Source of the DNA: an uncultured delta proteobacterium
GTDB taxonomy: Bacteria > Myxococcota_A > UBA9160 > SMWR01
Direction: 5' to 3'
DNA: 64,000 nucleotides
Assembly: GCA_963832165.1 (NCBI GenBank)
Contig: CAWHTE010000011.1
Span: 32,001-96,000 of the forward strand
Of this stretch, positions 33,355 to 46,879 are shown piece after piece. The translations under genes were made by a program, and so were the position numbers. Positions within the stretch are counted from its first letter, which is position 1, and each line of letters opens with the position of its first letter. The notes under the pieces are model-generated. The model had not been told where the DNA came from. It saw only the letters and a program-made list of their open reading frames with translations, and made no database searches.

Positions 33355-34687
33355 GGTGGCGCAGCTCGTCGGCCGTGAGCGGCATCGAACGCGCGTCGTA
33401 CGATTCGCGGCGCCAGCCGCTGCCGTCGCGCTCGTCGAAGAACACCGCGGCGGCCGGGTCGAATACCGCGGCCGGCTCGCCGTCGGGCCACGCGGGGTAG
33501 CCCGGGAGGTCGCCGCTCCAGCGGTGGAGCAGAACGCCCACTCCCGCGCGCCGGTCGCCGCGGCGCTCGGTGATCCAGTACAGCGGCTGCTGGGTCTGCG
33601 TGTCGATGTAGAGCGTGAGCCAGTCGTGCTCGCGGCCGCGGTCGCGCAGCGCGCCCTGGATCGCGATCGCCTGACGCACGTCCCAGCGGTCGTCGCCGAG
33701 CGAGAGGCCGCTCGGCCCGAAGCTGCGCGCGGGATCGCCCGGGAAGCCGCTGCGCGCCGCATTCAGTGGCGCCAGCACTTCGCGCACGCCCAACACGCGC
33801 CAGACATAGGCATTGGGCCGGATCGAGAGACCCGCGAAGCCGCGCGGCTCCGCGACCGGGATCGCGCCGCCGCGCTCCCCGGTCGCGCTCGGCACGAACA
33901 GCCCGTCGACCCACGCGTTCGCGGCCCGCCGCACCGCGCGCAGCTTCGGCACGAACACGAACACGTCGTCGGGCAGCGCATACTGCTGCGCGGCCGCGCG
34001 CGCGCGCGTCTGCTGCCACGCGAGCCCGCGCGCGTCGGCGGGCTCCGCGAAGCGGCCGCCCGCGATCCACGCCGCCGGCCCCGCGTCCGCGACGCGGTAC
34101 TCCGGCGCGAGATCGGCGCGGTGTGCGAGCTGGAGCTGGAACCAGGTGCCGAGCGAGATTCGCCCCTGCTCCGCGCGCGACTGGTCGGTGATCCGGAACT
34201 GCCCGCTGGGTCCCGCACCGCGGTGGCGCCGCTCGAAGTTCCAGGCCCAGCGCGCGCCCGCATCGGCCGCGCCGGGATCGATGGCCTCGGCCGGGAAGGG
34301 CAGGCCCGCGGTGTAGTCCCCGAGGTTTCCGTCGCCGTCGAGCCGCGCACTCCCCGCGAAGCGTTCGGTCGCGCTCCGGTAGGAGCGCGGCGGCGGATAT
34401 CGGCGGTGACACGCTCCGATCACGAGCTTCATGCCGTCGTGGAAGAACAGATCGCGGTGACGCCACACCTCGGGCGGCAGGAGCGGCGCGAGGCGCAGCA
34501 CGTCGGCGCGCGCGAGCGCCATTCCCTCCTGGAGGCGTGTGGGCGCGGCGGGTGTTCCAGGCTCCGCCTCCGGAGGGGCCGCGAGCGCCGGGCACTCGTG
34601 CTCGCGCGGGAGCTCGCCTGCGCCCGCGCCCACGGCCGCGAGAGCGGCGGCGAGCCACGGGAGGACCCGAGTGCGGCATCGGACCAC
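33320..34687 (-). CDS. DUF1329-like periplasmic protein
   Basis: Signal peptide; ATERF..., YTAGLPFP, WAWNF, VFVPKLRAVRR, LYIDTQT. Confidence 0.72.
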   Translation of the reverse strand: MVRCRTRVLPWLAAALAAVGAGAGELPREHECPALAAPPEAEPGTPAAPTRLQEGMALARADVLRLAPLLPPEVWRHRDLFFHDGMKLVIGACHRRYPPPRSYRSATERFAGSARLDGDGNLGDYTAGLPFPAEAIDPGAADAGARWAWNFERRHRGAGPSGQFRITDQSRAEQGRISLGTWFQLQLAHRADLAPEYRVADAGPAAWIAGGRFAEPADARGLAWQQTRARAAAQQYALPDDVFVFVPKLRAVRRAANAWVDGLFVPSATGERGGAIPVAEPRGFAGLSIRPNAYVWRVLGVREVLAPLNAARSGFPGDPARSFGPSGLSLGDDRWDVRQAIAIQGALRDRGREHDWLTLYIDTQTQQPLYWITERRGDRRAGVGVLLHRWSGDLPGYPAWPDGEPAAVFDPAAAVFFDERDGSGWRRESYDARSMPLTADELRHLTSSAFLERAR

Positions 34688-34760
34688 GCGCGGGCCCACC
34701 TCCCGCGGAGATTCTAACCCGCGGCGCCCGGGGCTACCCTTGCGACGAGGAGACGCGATC

Positions 34761-35690
34761 GTGCGGCGTTCCGTCGGCATTCCGCTCGCGCTCGGGATCG
34801 GCCTCACGATCCTGGTGCTCGTGCTCGCGGTCGGCTGGCAGATCCTCGTGCTCGACGATCCGCGGCAGCTCGCGCAGGGCCTGTCCACGCGCAACTGGAT
34901 CATGCTGATCCTGGGCACGGTCTTCTTCGTGCTCGTGCTCGCGGGCCTCGTCGCGCTCTCGACCTGGCTCGTGCGCGAGATGCGCCTGAATCAGCGCCAG
35001 CGCGCATTCCTCGATGCCGTCAGCCACGAGATGCGCACGCCGCTCGCGTCGCTGCGGCTCTATCTCGATACGCTCGGCCGCCACGACCCCGATCCGGAGC
35101 AGCGCCGCGCCTTCCTCGGGCGCATGCAGCGCGACGTCGACCGGCTCGACCACACGGTCGAGCAGGTGCTGCACGCGGCGCGCGCGGAGGAGCACCGGCG
35201 CGTGCTGCCGAACGAGGAGGTGATGCTCGTGCCGCTGCTCGACGAGTGCATCGAGGAGCTGCGCACGCGGCACGAGCTGCCCGCGTCGGCGGTACAGCTC
35301 GACGCACATGCGCCCGCCGCGGTGCGCGGAAACCGCACCGAGCTCGCCGTGGTGTTCCGCAACCTGCTCGAGAACGCCGCCAAGTACTCGGCCGCGCCGG
35401 TCGAGATCCGCGTGCGCGTGTCGCCGAAGGGCGACGACCGGATCGACGTCGCGATCTCGGACCGCGGGATCGGGATCCCCGCGCGCGAGCTGCGCAAGAT
35501 CTTCCAGCGCTTCTACCGCGCGGGCCGCGACGTACAGCGCACCGCGGCCGGGCTCGGGCTCGGCCTGTTCATCGTGCGCAACCTCGTGCGCCGCCAGGGC
35601 GGGCGCGTGGTCGCGCGCAGCCAGGGGTCGGGGACGGGCAGCCGGTTCGTCGTCACGCTGCGCGCCGTCGCGTCGCCGGAGGGTGCGTGA
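34761..35690 (+). CDS. Sensor histidine kinase
   Basis: Two TM, SHEMRTPL, NLLENAAKY, DRGIGI, GLGLGL; RBS GAGGAG. Confidence 0.93.
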   Translation: MRRSVGIPLALGIGLTILVLVLAVGWQILVLDDPRQLAQGLSTRNWIMLILGTVFFVLVLAGLVALSTWLVREMRLNQRQRAFLDAVSHEMRTPLASLRLYLDTLGRHDPDPEQRRAFLGRMQRDVDRLDHTVEQVLHAARAEEHRRVLPNEEVMLVPLLDECIEELRTRHELPASAVQLDAHAPAAVRGNRTELAVVFRNLLENAAKYSAAPVEIRVRVSPKGDDRIDVAISDRGIGIPARELRKIFQRFYRAGRDVQRTAAGLGLGLFIVRNLVRRQGGRVVARSQGSGTGSRFVVTLRAVASPEGA

Positions 35691-36385
35691 CGCGCATCCT
35701 CGTCGTCGAAGACGAGGAGCACCTCGCCGAGGGATTGCGCTTCAATCTCGAGGCCGAGGACTACGAGGTGGCGGTCGCACCCGATGGAGTCCGCGCGATC
35801 GAGCTGCTCTCGGCGCGCGAGCGCAGCGTCGATCTCGTGATCCTCGACTTGATGCTGCCCGGTCTCTCGGGCTTCGAGGTGCTGCGGCGCACGCGCGCGG
35901 CGGGCGACTTCGTGCCCGTGCTGATCCTCACCGCGAAGGACTCGATCGAGGACCGCGTGCGCGGGCTCGAGGAGGGCGCCGACGATTATCTCGGCAAGCC
36001 GTTCCGACTCGACGAGCTGCTCGCACGCGTGCGCGGTCTCTTGCGCCGGCGGCGCTGGGATGGCGCCACGGACGGTGCGCTGCCCGAGCCCGTGACGATC
36101 GGCGCCGTGACGCTCCACTTCGATCGCTTCGAGCTCGAGACGCCCGCGGGTGTGGTGAGCCTCACCACGCGCGAGATGGGTCTCTTGCGCGCGCTCGTGG
36201 ACCGCGACGGCGAGGCCGTTACGCGCGGCGAGCTGCTGGAGAGCGTCTGGGGGCTGCGTCCGGACACGCAGACGCGCGTCGTCGACAGCTTCGTCGTGCG
36301 CCTGCGCCGCTATCTCGAGCCCGATCCGGCACGGCCTCGCCATCTGCTCTCGGTGCGCGGGCGCGGCTATCGGCTCGTGAGATAG
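35687..36385 (+). CDS. OmpR-family response regulator
   Basis: ILVVEDE, LDLMLP, GADDYLGKPF, winged helix VRGRGY; GTGA overlap with the kinase. Confidence 0.93.
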   Translation: MTRILVVEDEEHLAEGLRFNLEAEDYEVAVAPDGVRAIELLSARERSVDLVILDLMLPGLSGFEVLRRTRAAGDFVPVLILTAKDSIEDRVRGLEEGADDYLGKPFRLDELLARVRGLLRRRRWDGATDGALPEPVTIGAVTLHFDRFELETPAGVVSLTTREMGLLRALVDRDGEAVTRGELLESVWGLRPDTQTRVVDSFVVRLRRYLEPDPARPRHLLSVRGRGYRLVR

Positions 36386-36429
36386 CCGCCCCTTGAGAAC
36401 AGTGGGGCGACTTGCGAAGCTCACCGTCG

Positions 36430-37209
36430 GTGAGAGACGCGCTCACGTTCTTCGTCGAGCCGGTATTCGAGAATGCGACGCTGGTCGCCGCGTTCGAGGG
36501 TTGGAACGACGCGGGCGAGGCCGCAACCGGCGCGGCGCGCTACGTCGCAGAGGCGATCCATGCGGTGCCTCTGGCCGAGATCGACGGCGAGGACTTTCTC
36601 GACTTCACCGTGCACCGCCCGTGGGCGCGCGCAGCCGAGGACGGCACGCGCACGATCGAATGGCCCGTCACGCGCGTGAGCTACGGCGAGTGCGGCGTGG
36701 GGCAGGAGCTCGTGGTGGCGCTTGGCGTCGAGCCGCACCTGCGCTGGCGCGCCTACTGCGATCTGTTCCTCTCGCTCGTGAGTCGATTGCGCGTTCGACG
36801 CGTGGTGCTCCTGGGCGCCTACGTCGCCGACGTGGTCTACTCGCGCCCCGTCGACGTGACGGGCTTCGCGAGCGATGAGGATCGCCTCGAGGCGATCGGC
36901 GTCGCGCCCTCGCGCTACGAAGGGCCGACCGGGATCGTCGGCGTGCTCGGCGAGCTGCTTCGCGCAGAGGGCGTACAAGTGCTCTCGCTCTGGGCGGGGT
37001 TGCCGCACTACATCAGCGCGTCGCCGAACCCGCGCGGATCGCTCGCGCTCGTGCAGAAGCTCGTGTCCGACCTGCCGCTCGCGATCGACGAGAAGCCGCT
37101 GCGCGACGAGGCGGCCGCGTTCGAGCAGAAGATCTCCGCGCTCGTGTCCGGCGATCCCGAGCTCACCGAGTACGTGCGGCTGCTCAAGAAACGCGAATTC
37201 GCGCAATGA
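36430..37209 (+). CDS. PAC2 (proteasome assembly chaperone) family protein
   Basis: AFEGWNDAGEAAT, EPHLRW, YEGPTGIVGVL, SLWAGLPHY. Confidence 0.85.
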   Translation: MRDALTFFVEPVFENATLVAAFEGWNDAGEAATGAARYVAEAIHAVPLAEIDGEDFLDFTVHRPWARAAEDGTRTIEWPVTRVSYGECGVGQELVVALGVEPHLRWRAYCDLFLSLVSRLRVRRVVLLGAYVADVVYSRPVDVTGFASDEDRLEAIGVAPSRYEGPTGIVGVLGELLRAEGVQVLSLWAGLPHYISASPNPRGSLALVQKLVSDLPLAIDEKPLRDEAAAFEQKISALVSGDPELTEYVRLLKKREFAQ

Positions 37210-37211
37210 TC

Positions 37212-37290
37212 GGCGGATTACGGCCTTCGGCCTAATCCGCCCTACGAGAAGGCGGTAGGGCGGATTAGCCCAACGGGCGTAATCCGCCAT
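37212..37290. repeat. Inverted REP doublet between convergent genes
   Basis: GGCGGATTAC..TAATCCGCCCTAC (37212-37245) and GTAGGGCGGATTAG..TAATCCGCC (37255-37288). Confidence 0.85.
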
Positions 37291-37302
37291 TGTCGAGTCG
37301 CG

Positions 37303-37551
37303 TCAGAGCTCGATCGACTCGTCGATCAGCATCACCGGGATGCCGTCGTCGACCGGGTAGAGGATGCGCCCGTCCTGGCGGATCAGCCCTTCGCCGATCC
37401 GGTTCTTGACGGTCTCACCCCCGCGGTTGCGCAGCCGCCCCGCGTCGATCTCGGCGTTCACGCGCGAGAGCACATCGGGGCCCGCGAGCCCCACGGGCTG
37501 CTTGGTCTCCGGACACACCAGGATCTCGAGTAGCTCCGGGCTTACGGTCAT
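37303..37551 (-). CDS. Trm112-like protein
   Basis: LLEILVCPET...YPVDDGIPVMLIDE; RBS GGAGGA. Confidence 0.88.
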   Translation of the reverse strand: MTVSPELLEILVCPETKQPVGLAGPDVLSRVNAEIDAGRLRNRGGETVKNRIGEGLIRQDGRILYPVDDGIPVMLIDESIEL

Positions 37552-37788
37552 GATCTCCTCCACGCGGACGCGCGATCATAGCGGCGCGAAATCGCTTGCG
37601 AAATCGACGGTGCTTCGCGAGCTCTCGCGCGCGCGCGAATTCGCGCCAATTCGCCTTGACGCGAAGCGGCTTACGGGATATCACACCGCGCGTTTCGAGG
37701 GGCGCGCTGCTCCGCGTCGTCGTCCTGCCACGGGCTTTCCCGTTCTCTCACCCCGTTCGTCTGAGGACCAGGAGTCCCAAGCTCCCTC

Positions 37789-38520
37789 ATGCGAGACCGC
37801 GCCGCCCGTCCGTCGCTCCTCGTCGGGGTCCTGCTCGCAGCCGTCGCGGCCTGGATTGCCGCGACGGGCCTGGGCGGCGCCACGCCCGTGCACGCGAAAG
37901 ACGCCGTGCGCGTGGCCACGAGCGTGTGCGACGCGCACGAGCTGCGCGCGCTCCAGAAGAAGGATCCCGATCTCAAGATCGATACCACGCAGTTCGAGTC
38001 GCCCTGGCCGACCCGCGAGGCGTGCCTCTCGCACGCCGCGGCCGAAGACCCCGACGCGCCGGGTCCGATCCAGCCGATCCAGTTCAGCCACAAGCACCAC
38101 TCGGGCCTGTATCAGATCGACTGCCAGTACTGTCACTCGGGCACCGATCGCTCGCCCTCCGCGGGCGTTCCCGCGGTCGAGGTGTGCATGGGCTGCCATG
38201 CGCAGTTCCCGACGAGCTACGACGAGCTCGAGGGCATCAGGACGCTCAAGGATCACTGGGCCAAGAAGCAGCCGATCGAATGGGTGCAGATCCACCGCGT
38301 GCCCGAGTACGTGCAGTTCCAGCACCGCGCCCACGTTCAGAAGGGCTTCACGTGCCAGGAGTGCCACGGCGCCGTCGAGACCATGGACAAGGTGTCGATG
38401 ACGGAGGACACGGTCTGGTGGCCGTGGCTGCTGCCCGCCGCGAAGCTCGAGATGGGCTGGTGCATCGATTGTCACCGACGGAACAACGCGACACAGGATT
38501 GTGCCGCCTGTCATTACTAG
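37789..38520 (+). CDS. actA: Alternative complex III pentaheme cytochrome c
   Basis: Five CxxCH motifs, QPIQFSHKHH, MGWCIDCH. Confidence 0.88.
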   Translation: MRDRAARPSLLVGVLLAAVAAWIAATGLGGATPVHAKDAVRVATSVCDAHELRALQKKDPDLKIDTTQFESPWPTREACLSHAAAEDPDAPGPIQPIQFSHKHHSGLYQIDCQYCHSGTDRSPSAGVPAVEVCMGCHAQFPTSYDELEGIRTLKDHWAKKQPIEWVQIHRVPEYVQFQHRAHVQKGFTCQECHGAVETMDKVSMTEDTVWWPWLLPAAKLEMGWCIDCHRRNNATQDCAACHY

Positions 38521-38553
38521 GCGGACCGCCAGCGCGCGGAAAACTGGAAACGA

Positions 38554-41675
<3,122 letters not shown>

Positions 41676-41679
<4 letters not shown>

Positions 41680-43047
41680 CGCCGCCGCCCGCAGAAGCCG
41701 TTGCCGCGATGATCCGGCCCGCGCCGAAGCGCGTGGATTCGAAGGTGAACCGCGACCTCCTGCGCGTGATGGAGGGCGCGTCGCTCAACTACTGGCTCCT
41801 CCTGCACCTGGCCGTGGGCTTCATGCTCGCCGCGGGCGGCGTGTGGATCTTCCAGGTCTACAAGGGTCTCGGCATCGCGGGCTACCGGCACCCGGTGTTC
41901 TGGGGCGCCTACATCGTCACGTTCGTGTTCTGGGTGGGCATCGCCCACGCGGGCACGCTGATCTCGGCGATCCTCTATCTGTTCCGCGCGAAGTGGCGCA
42001 ACGCCATCAACCGCAGCGCCGAGGCGATGACCGTGTTCGCGGTGCTCACCGCGGCACAGTTCCTGGGCATCCACGTCGGCCGGATCTGGAAGTCCTATTT
42101 CATCCTGCCGTATCCGAATCAGCGCGCGCTGTGGGTGAACTTCAAGAGCCCGCTGCTTGTGGGACACCTTCGCGATCACCACCTATGCCACGACCTCGAT
42201 CCTGTTCCTGTACGTGGGTCTGATTCCCGATCTCGCGATCGCGCGCGACCGCTCGACCGGCTGGCGTCGCGTGCTCTACGCCGTGCTCTCGCTGGGCTGG
42301 CAGGGCACCTCGAAGCAGTGGAAGTCGCACAACCGCGCGGTGCTCCACCTGTCGGGGCTCGCCACACCGCTCGTGCTCTCGGTGCACAGCGTCGTGTCCT
42401 GGGACTTCGCAATGGCGATCGTGCCCGGCTGGCACGCGACGATCTTCGCGCCCTACTTCGTGGCCGGTGCGATCTTCTCGGGCTTCGCGATGGTGCTCAC
42501 GATGATGATCCCGGTGCGCCGGATCTTCGCCCTCGAGGAGTACATCACCGACTATCACTTCGAGAACATGTCGCGCTTCATCCTGCTGACGTCGCTGATC
42601 GTCGGCTACGCGTACCTCTCGGAGTACTTCATCGCGTGGTACAGCGGGGTCGAGGCCGAGCAGACGTCGTTCTTCATGCGCGCGTTCGGGCCGTACTGGA
42701 TGTCGACCTGGACGATGATCATCTGCAACGCGGTCGTGCCACAGATCCTGTGGTTCAAGTGGGCGCGCACCAACGTGCCGACGCTGTTCATCGTCTCCGT
42801 GCTGATCAACATCGGCATGTGGTTCGAGCGCTACGTCATCATCATCGGCGGACTCTCGCGCGAGTACGACCCGGCGGTATGGGGCGTCTACACGCCGAGC
42901 TGGCCCGAGCTGGTGGTCGTGGCGGGCAGCTTCGGCTTCTTCTGCCAGTTCTTCCTGATCTTCCTGAAGCTGTTCCCGGTAGTGGCGATCGCCGAGGTCA
43001 AGGAGATCGAGATCCACAGCAAGATGCACGGCCAGGTGGGACACTGA
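41676..43047 (+). CDS. actC: Alternative complex III NrfD-family subunit; +1 frameshift near 42158
   Basis: [43 protein letters not shown] across two frames. Confidence 0.9.
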
Positions 43048-43550
43048 TGCCGACCCTGCTGGGCGTATTCGAGCAACCGGACCAGATCGCTGCGGCGGCG
43101 AGCCAGCTGCGCGCGCGCGGCTATGACGATCTCGAGACCTATTCGCCCGCGCCGTTCGCGGAGGTGGACGACGCCGTGATCGAGAAGCCGAGCACGGTGC
43201 GTCTGTTCACGCTGATCGGCGGGCTCACGGGTGTGGTGACGGGCTACGCGCTCACGCTCTGGATGGCGAACAACTGGCCGATCATCGTCGGCGGCAAGCC
43301 GTACTCTTCCGTGACGCCGTTCACGATCATCGCGTTCGAGCTCACGATCCTGTTCGGCGTGCTGATGACGGTGCTCGGCGTGTTCGTGTTCGGGAAGCTG
43401 CCCAAGTTCAAGCTCGACGCGGCGTACAGCCCGCGCTTCTCGGCCGAGGACTTCGGGCTCGCGGTGCGCTGCAAGGACCGCGACGTCGCCGAGATCGACG
43501 GCCTGCTGCGCGCCCACCACGCTGTCGAGGTCTCGATTGTCGAAGCTTAG
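43047..43550 (+). CDS. actD: Alternative complex III subunit D (DUF3341)
   Basis: [26 protein letters not shown]. Confidence 0.9.
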   Translation: MPTLLGVFEQPDQIAAAASQLRARGYDDLETYSPAPFAEVDDAVIEKPSTVRLFTLIGGLTGVVTGYALTLWMANNWPIIVGGKPYSSVTPFTIIAFELTILFGVLMTVLGVFVFGKLPKFKLDAAYSPRFSAEDFGLAVRCKDRDVAEIDGLLRAHHAVEVSIVEA

Positions 43551-44181
43551 CCACCCGATTGGCCTTCGCTCGGCTTCGCCTCGCTGCGCGCGCGCTTCGC
43601 GCGCTCGCGCTCTCCGTCTCTCGCGGAGCTTCTTCGCGGGCACCGCGCTCCTGCTGACCACCACGGTGGGCTGCTGGGAGCAGTGGTCGGACACGTGGTT
43701 TCCGCAGATGAAGCGGCAGAAGGCGGTGCAGGCGTTCGAGGAGGTCGGCTTCGGCGGCCGCGTGGAGGCGTTCACGCCGCCCGAGGGCACCGTGCCCGTC
43801 GCCACCGCGATGCCGCCCGAGATGGATCCGAACGACGTGGCCGCGCAGGACGCGCTCCAGAACCCGCGCCCGGTGACGCTCGCGTCGCTCGAGAACGGCC
43901 GCACCCAGTACATGCGCTACTGCGCCACCTGCCACGGCGAAAAGGGCGTGGGCGACGGGCCGGTCAGCATGATGAGCAAGCAGCGCGGGCCGTTCGGCGG
44001 CGTGCTCGCGATCGCGGGGCCCGCGAGCATCGCGAAGATCCGCACCGACGGGCACATCTATTCGACGATCCGCTACGGGCGGCGGCGCATGCCGTCCTAC
44101 CACCGGATCCCGTCGGACGACCGCTGGGACATCGTGAATTTCGTCCGGTACCTGGGCGATCAGAAGGAAATTGCGAAGTGA
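43537..44181 (+). CDS. actE: Alternative complex III monoheme cytochrome c lipoprotein
   Basis: Lipobox VGC, PPEGTVP, CATCHG, MPSY, DRWDIV. Confidence 0.85.
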   Translation: MSKLSHPIGLRSASPRCARASRARALRLSRSFFAGTALLLTTTVGCWEQWSDTWFPQMKRQKAVQAFEEVGFGGRVEAFTPPEGTVPVATAMPPEMDPNDVAAQDALQNPRPVTLASLENGRTQYMRYCATCHGEKGVGDGPVSMMSKQRGPFGGVLAIAGPASIAKIRTDGHIYSTIRYGRRRMPSYHRIPSDDRWDIVNFVRYLGDQKEIAK

Positions 44182-45452
44182 GCAGCAACTACGCGGCGAG
44201 TCCCCGCGATCTTCCGCGCGCGCTCGTGTTCGCGTGTGTGGTGCTGATAGTCGTGGGCGCGATTGCGTTCGCCTCGGGTCTCATGCGCGACCCCGGCAGC
44301 GCCTGGCGCGCGTTTCACGTGAACTACCTCTTCTTCGGCATCATGGCGCAGGGCGCGCTCTGCCTCGCGTGCGCGTTCGTGATCATCGATACGAAGTGGA
44401 CCGGACCGATCCGCCACGTCTCCGAGGCGCTCGCCTCCTGGGTGCCGATCTCGTTCGTGCTGTTCCTGGTCGGGAACTGGTTCGGCCGCGAGTACATCCA
44501 CACCAACTGGCTCCACGGTGCACCGCCGGGCAAGGAGGGTTGGCTCAGCTTCGGGCGCGTCTATACCACCGACGCGTTCGTGCTCGGCGTGGGCGCGATC
44601 CTCACGTTCGTGTTCCTGCGCACGTCGTTCCGGCCCGCGCTCGCGGGCGCGGCCGACCGCGCGACGCGCGCGAAGGGCATGTTCCAGAGCTGGACCGCGG
44701 GCTGGCGCGGCGACGACGCGGAGTGGAAGGAGTCGCGTGCGCGCCTGCGCGTGCTCGCGCCGATCATCTGCCTCTGGTACGCGTTCGCGCACACGCTGAT
44801 CGCGTTCGATCAGGTGATGTCGCTCAACCCCACCTGGTTCTCGAACATCTTCGGCTGGTACTTCCTGTGGGGCGGGTTCCTGAACGGCGTGGCCGCGACC
44901 GCGCTCGCGTGCGTGCTCCTGCGCGCGACGACGCCGGGCTGGGACGTCGAGATCACGTCGAGCCGCATGCACGATCTCGGCAAGATGGTCTTCGCGTTCT
45001 CGATCTTCTGGATGTACCTGTTCTTCGCCCAGTACATCGTGATCTGGTACGGCAACCTGCCCGAGGAGACGCAGTTCTTCCAGGCGCGGCTCGGCCCGCA
45101 ATTCCTCCAGGACAGCTTCAAGCTGATCGACTGGAAGCTGCTCGATCTGCCGTACGTGAAGCTGTCGCTCGCGGCGTGGGTCGGCTGCTGGGTGACGCCG
45201 TTCTGGGTGCTGCTCGGTCAGCGCCCGAAGCGCACGCCCGCGATCCTCGGCGGTGTTGCGGCGATCTCGCTGCTGGGCTTCTGGCTCGAGCGCAACGCGC
45301 TGGTGTGGCCGTCGTTCGGGACCGAGAACGATCACCTGTGGGCGGGCCCGGCGCAGATCGCGATCGCGCTCGGCTTCCTCGGAGCGTTCGTGCTGAACTT
45401 CCTGATCTTCAGCCGGGTGTTTCCGACGCTGCCGCTGCCGAAGCGGCCGTAG
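44178..45452 (+). CDS. actF: Alternative complex III subunit F
   Basis: DQVMSLNPTWFSNIFG, HDLGK, QYIVIWYGNLPEE; GTGA overlap with actE. Confidence 0.9.
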   Translation: MSSNYAASPRDLPRALVFACVVLIVVGAIAFASGLMRDPGSAWRAFHVNYLFFGIMAQGALCLACAFVIIDTKWTGPIRHVSEALASWVPISFVLFLVGNWFGREYIHTNWLHGAPPGKEGWLSFGRVYTTDAFVLGVGAILTFVFLRTSFRPALAGAADRATRAKGMFQSWTAGWRGDDAEWKESRARLRVLAPIICLWYAFAHTLIAFDQVMSLNPTWFSNIFGWYFLWGGFLNGVAATALACVLLRATTPGWDVEITSSRMHDLGKMVFAFSIFWMYLFFAQYIVIWYGNLPEETQFFQARLGPQFLQDSFKLIDWKLLDLPYVKLSLAAWVGCWVTPFWVLLGQRPKRTPAILGGVAAISLLGFWLERNALVWPSFGTENDHLWAGPAQIAIALGFLGAFVLNFLIFSRVFPTLPLPKRP

Positions 45453-45476
45453 CGAAGGTTCGGCTAGCTTCGTCGG

Positions 45477-46865
45477 GTGGAGAGCGAACCCCCGATTGCC
45501 GCGACCACGACGTTCTCGCTGAAGGGCCGTCCGCGCGCGATCGCGCTCGAGGCAGAGGGGCTCCACCACCCGACCGGATCGCGCTGGGGCCGCGGACGCG
45601 TCTACACGGCCTACCGCGACGTCACGCACCTCGCGACTTCGTCGCGCGCGGTCTGGCTCGGCACGCGGCGCTCCGTATACGTGATCGCGCGCCGCACGTT
45701 CGTGGATCTGCACGGCCCCGAGCACCTCGTGCGCGCGCTGCTCGCCGAGATCGCGCGCCAGCCGCTCGGCTCTGCGCAGCTCGCGCGCATGGCCGAGATC
45801 GAAGAGACCGCGCGCGAGCGGTCGCCGCTGCGCGCGACCTGGGGTCTCGTGCTCCTGTGCACCGCGATCTATGCCGCGCAGGTGATCGGCGGAGACGACG
45901 TGCATGCCGTGGGCTACTTCACGGGCGTACTCGCGGGCGATGGCGACTGGTGGCGTGTCGTTACCGGCAATCTGCTGCACGCGAACGCACTGCACCTGAT
46001 CCTGAATCTGCTCGGGCTGATCGCGATCGGCTCGCTCGTGGAACGCGCGCTCGGCACTGCGCGCGCGATCTGCGTGATGGCGGCGTCGGGTTTCGGCGCG
46101 ATGGGCGCGAGCGCGTGGTGGAGCGACCTTCCCGTGGTGGGCGTCTCGGGGGTCGTATTCGGGTTGATCGCGGCGCTGCTCGTGCTGGAGCTCCGCTTCG
46201 CCGACCGGCTGCCCGCGTGGTGGCGTGTGCCGCGCAGCGCGCTGTTCGGGATGATCGCGATGAGCGCGCTGCTCTCGCTCCTGCCGTTCATCGCGGCCGC
46301 CGCGCACGCGGGCGGCTTCCTGGCCGGCGGCGCGGCCGCGATCGTGCTCGCGGGATCCGGGCTCTCGATGCGGCCGAGCGCGCTCCCCGTGCGCGCAGTG
46401 GCCGGCGCGAGCGCGGTGATCGCGCTGATCGCGGTCGGAGCGGCTGCCTACGAGCTCACGAGGCCGGGGGAGTTCGCTGCGCGCTACGTGGCGCGGCTCG
46501 CTCATCTGCCCGACGTCAGCGCGGAAGAGCTCAACAACGCGGCGTGGATGATCGCGGTCGACGAGCAGTCGTCGCCCGAGCTGCTCGAGGCCGCGCTCGA
46601 GCTCGCCGAGCGCGCCGTCGACGACACCGAGCATTCGCAGGCGCACATCCTGGACACGCTCGCGGAAGTGCACTTCCAGCTCGGCCATCGCGAGGAAGCG
46701 GTCACGGCAATCGAAGAGGCGATCCAGCGCGAGCCCTCCGAGGACTACTACCGCGAGCAACGCCGGCGCTTCCTCGGCGAGCGCGAACCCGAGGATCGCC
46801 CCTACCTCCCGCCGCAGCCCGCTGAGCCCGAAGGGGAGACGGACGAGGGCGGGTTCAGCGTCTAG
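45477..46865 (+). CDS. Rhomboid intramembrane serine protease with C-terminal TPR
   Basis: WWR, HxxxxHLxxN, GVSG, HAGG; NNAAW...LDTLAEV TPR. Confidence 0.88.
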   Translation: MESEPPIAATTTFSLKGRPRAIALEAEGLHHPTGSRWGRGRVYTAYRDVTHLATSSRAVWLGTRRSVYVIARRTFVDLHGPEHLVRALLAEIARQPLGSAQLARMAEIEETARERSPLRATWGLVLLCTAIYAAQVIGGDDVHAVGYFTGVLAGDGDWWRVVTGNLLHANALHLILNLLGLIAIGSLVERALGTARAICVMAASGFGAMGASAWWSDLPVVGVSGVVFGLIAALLVLELRFADRLPAWWRVPRSALFGMIAMSALLSLLPFIAAAAHAGGFLAGGAAAIVLAGSGLSMRPSALPVRAVAGASAVIALIAVGAAAYELTRPGEFAARYVARLAHLPDVSAEELNNAAWMIAVDEQSSPELLEAALELAERAVDDTEHSQAHILDTLAEVHFQLGHREEAVTAIEEAIQREPSEDYYREQRRRFLGEREPEDRPYLPPQPAEPEGETDEGGFSV

Positions 46866-46879
46866 GCCCGCGCAAGGTC

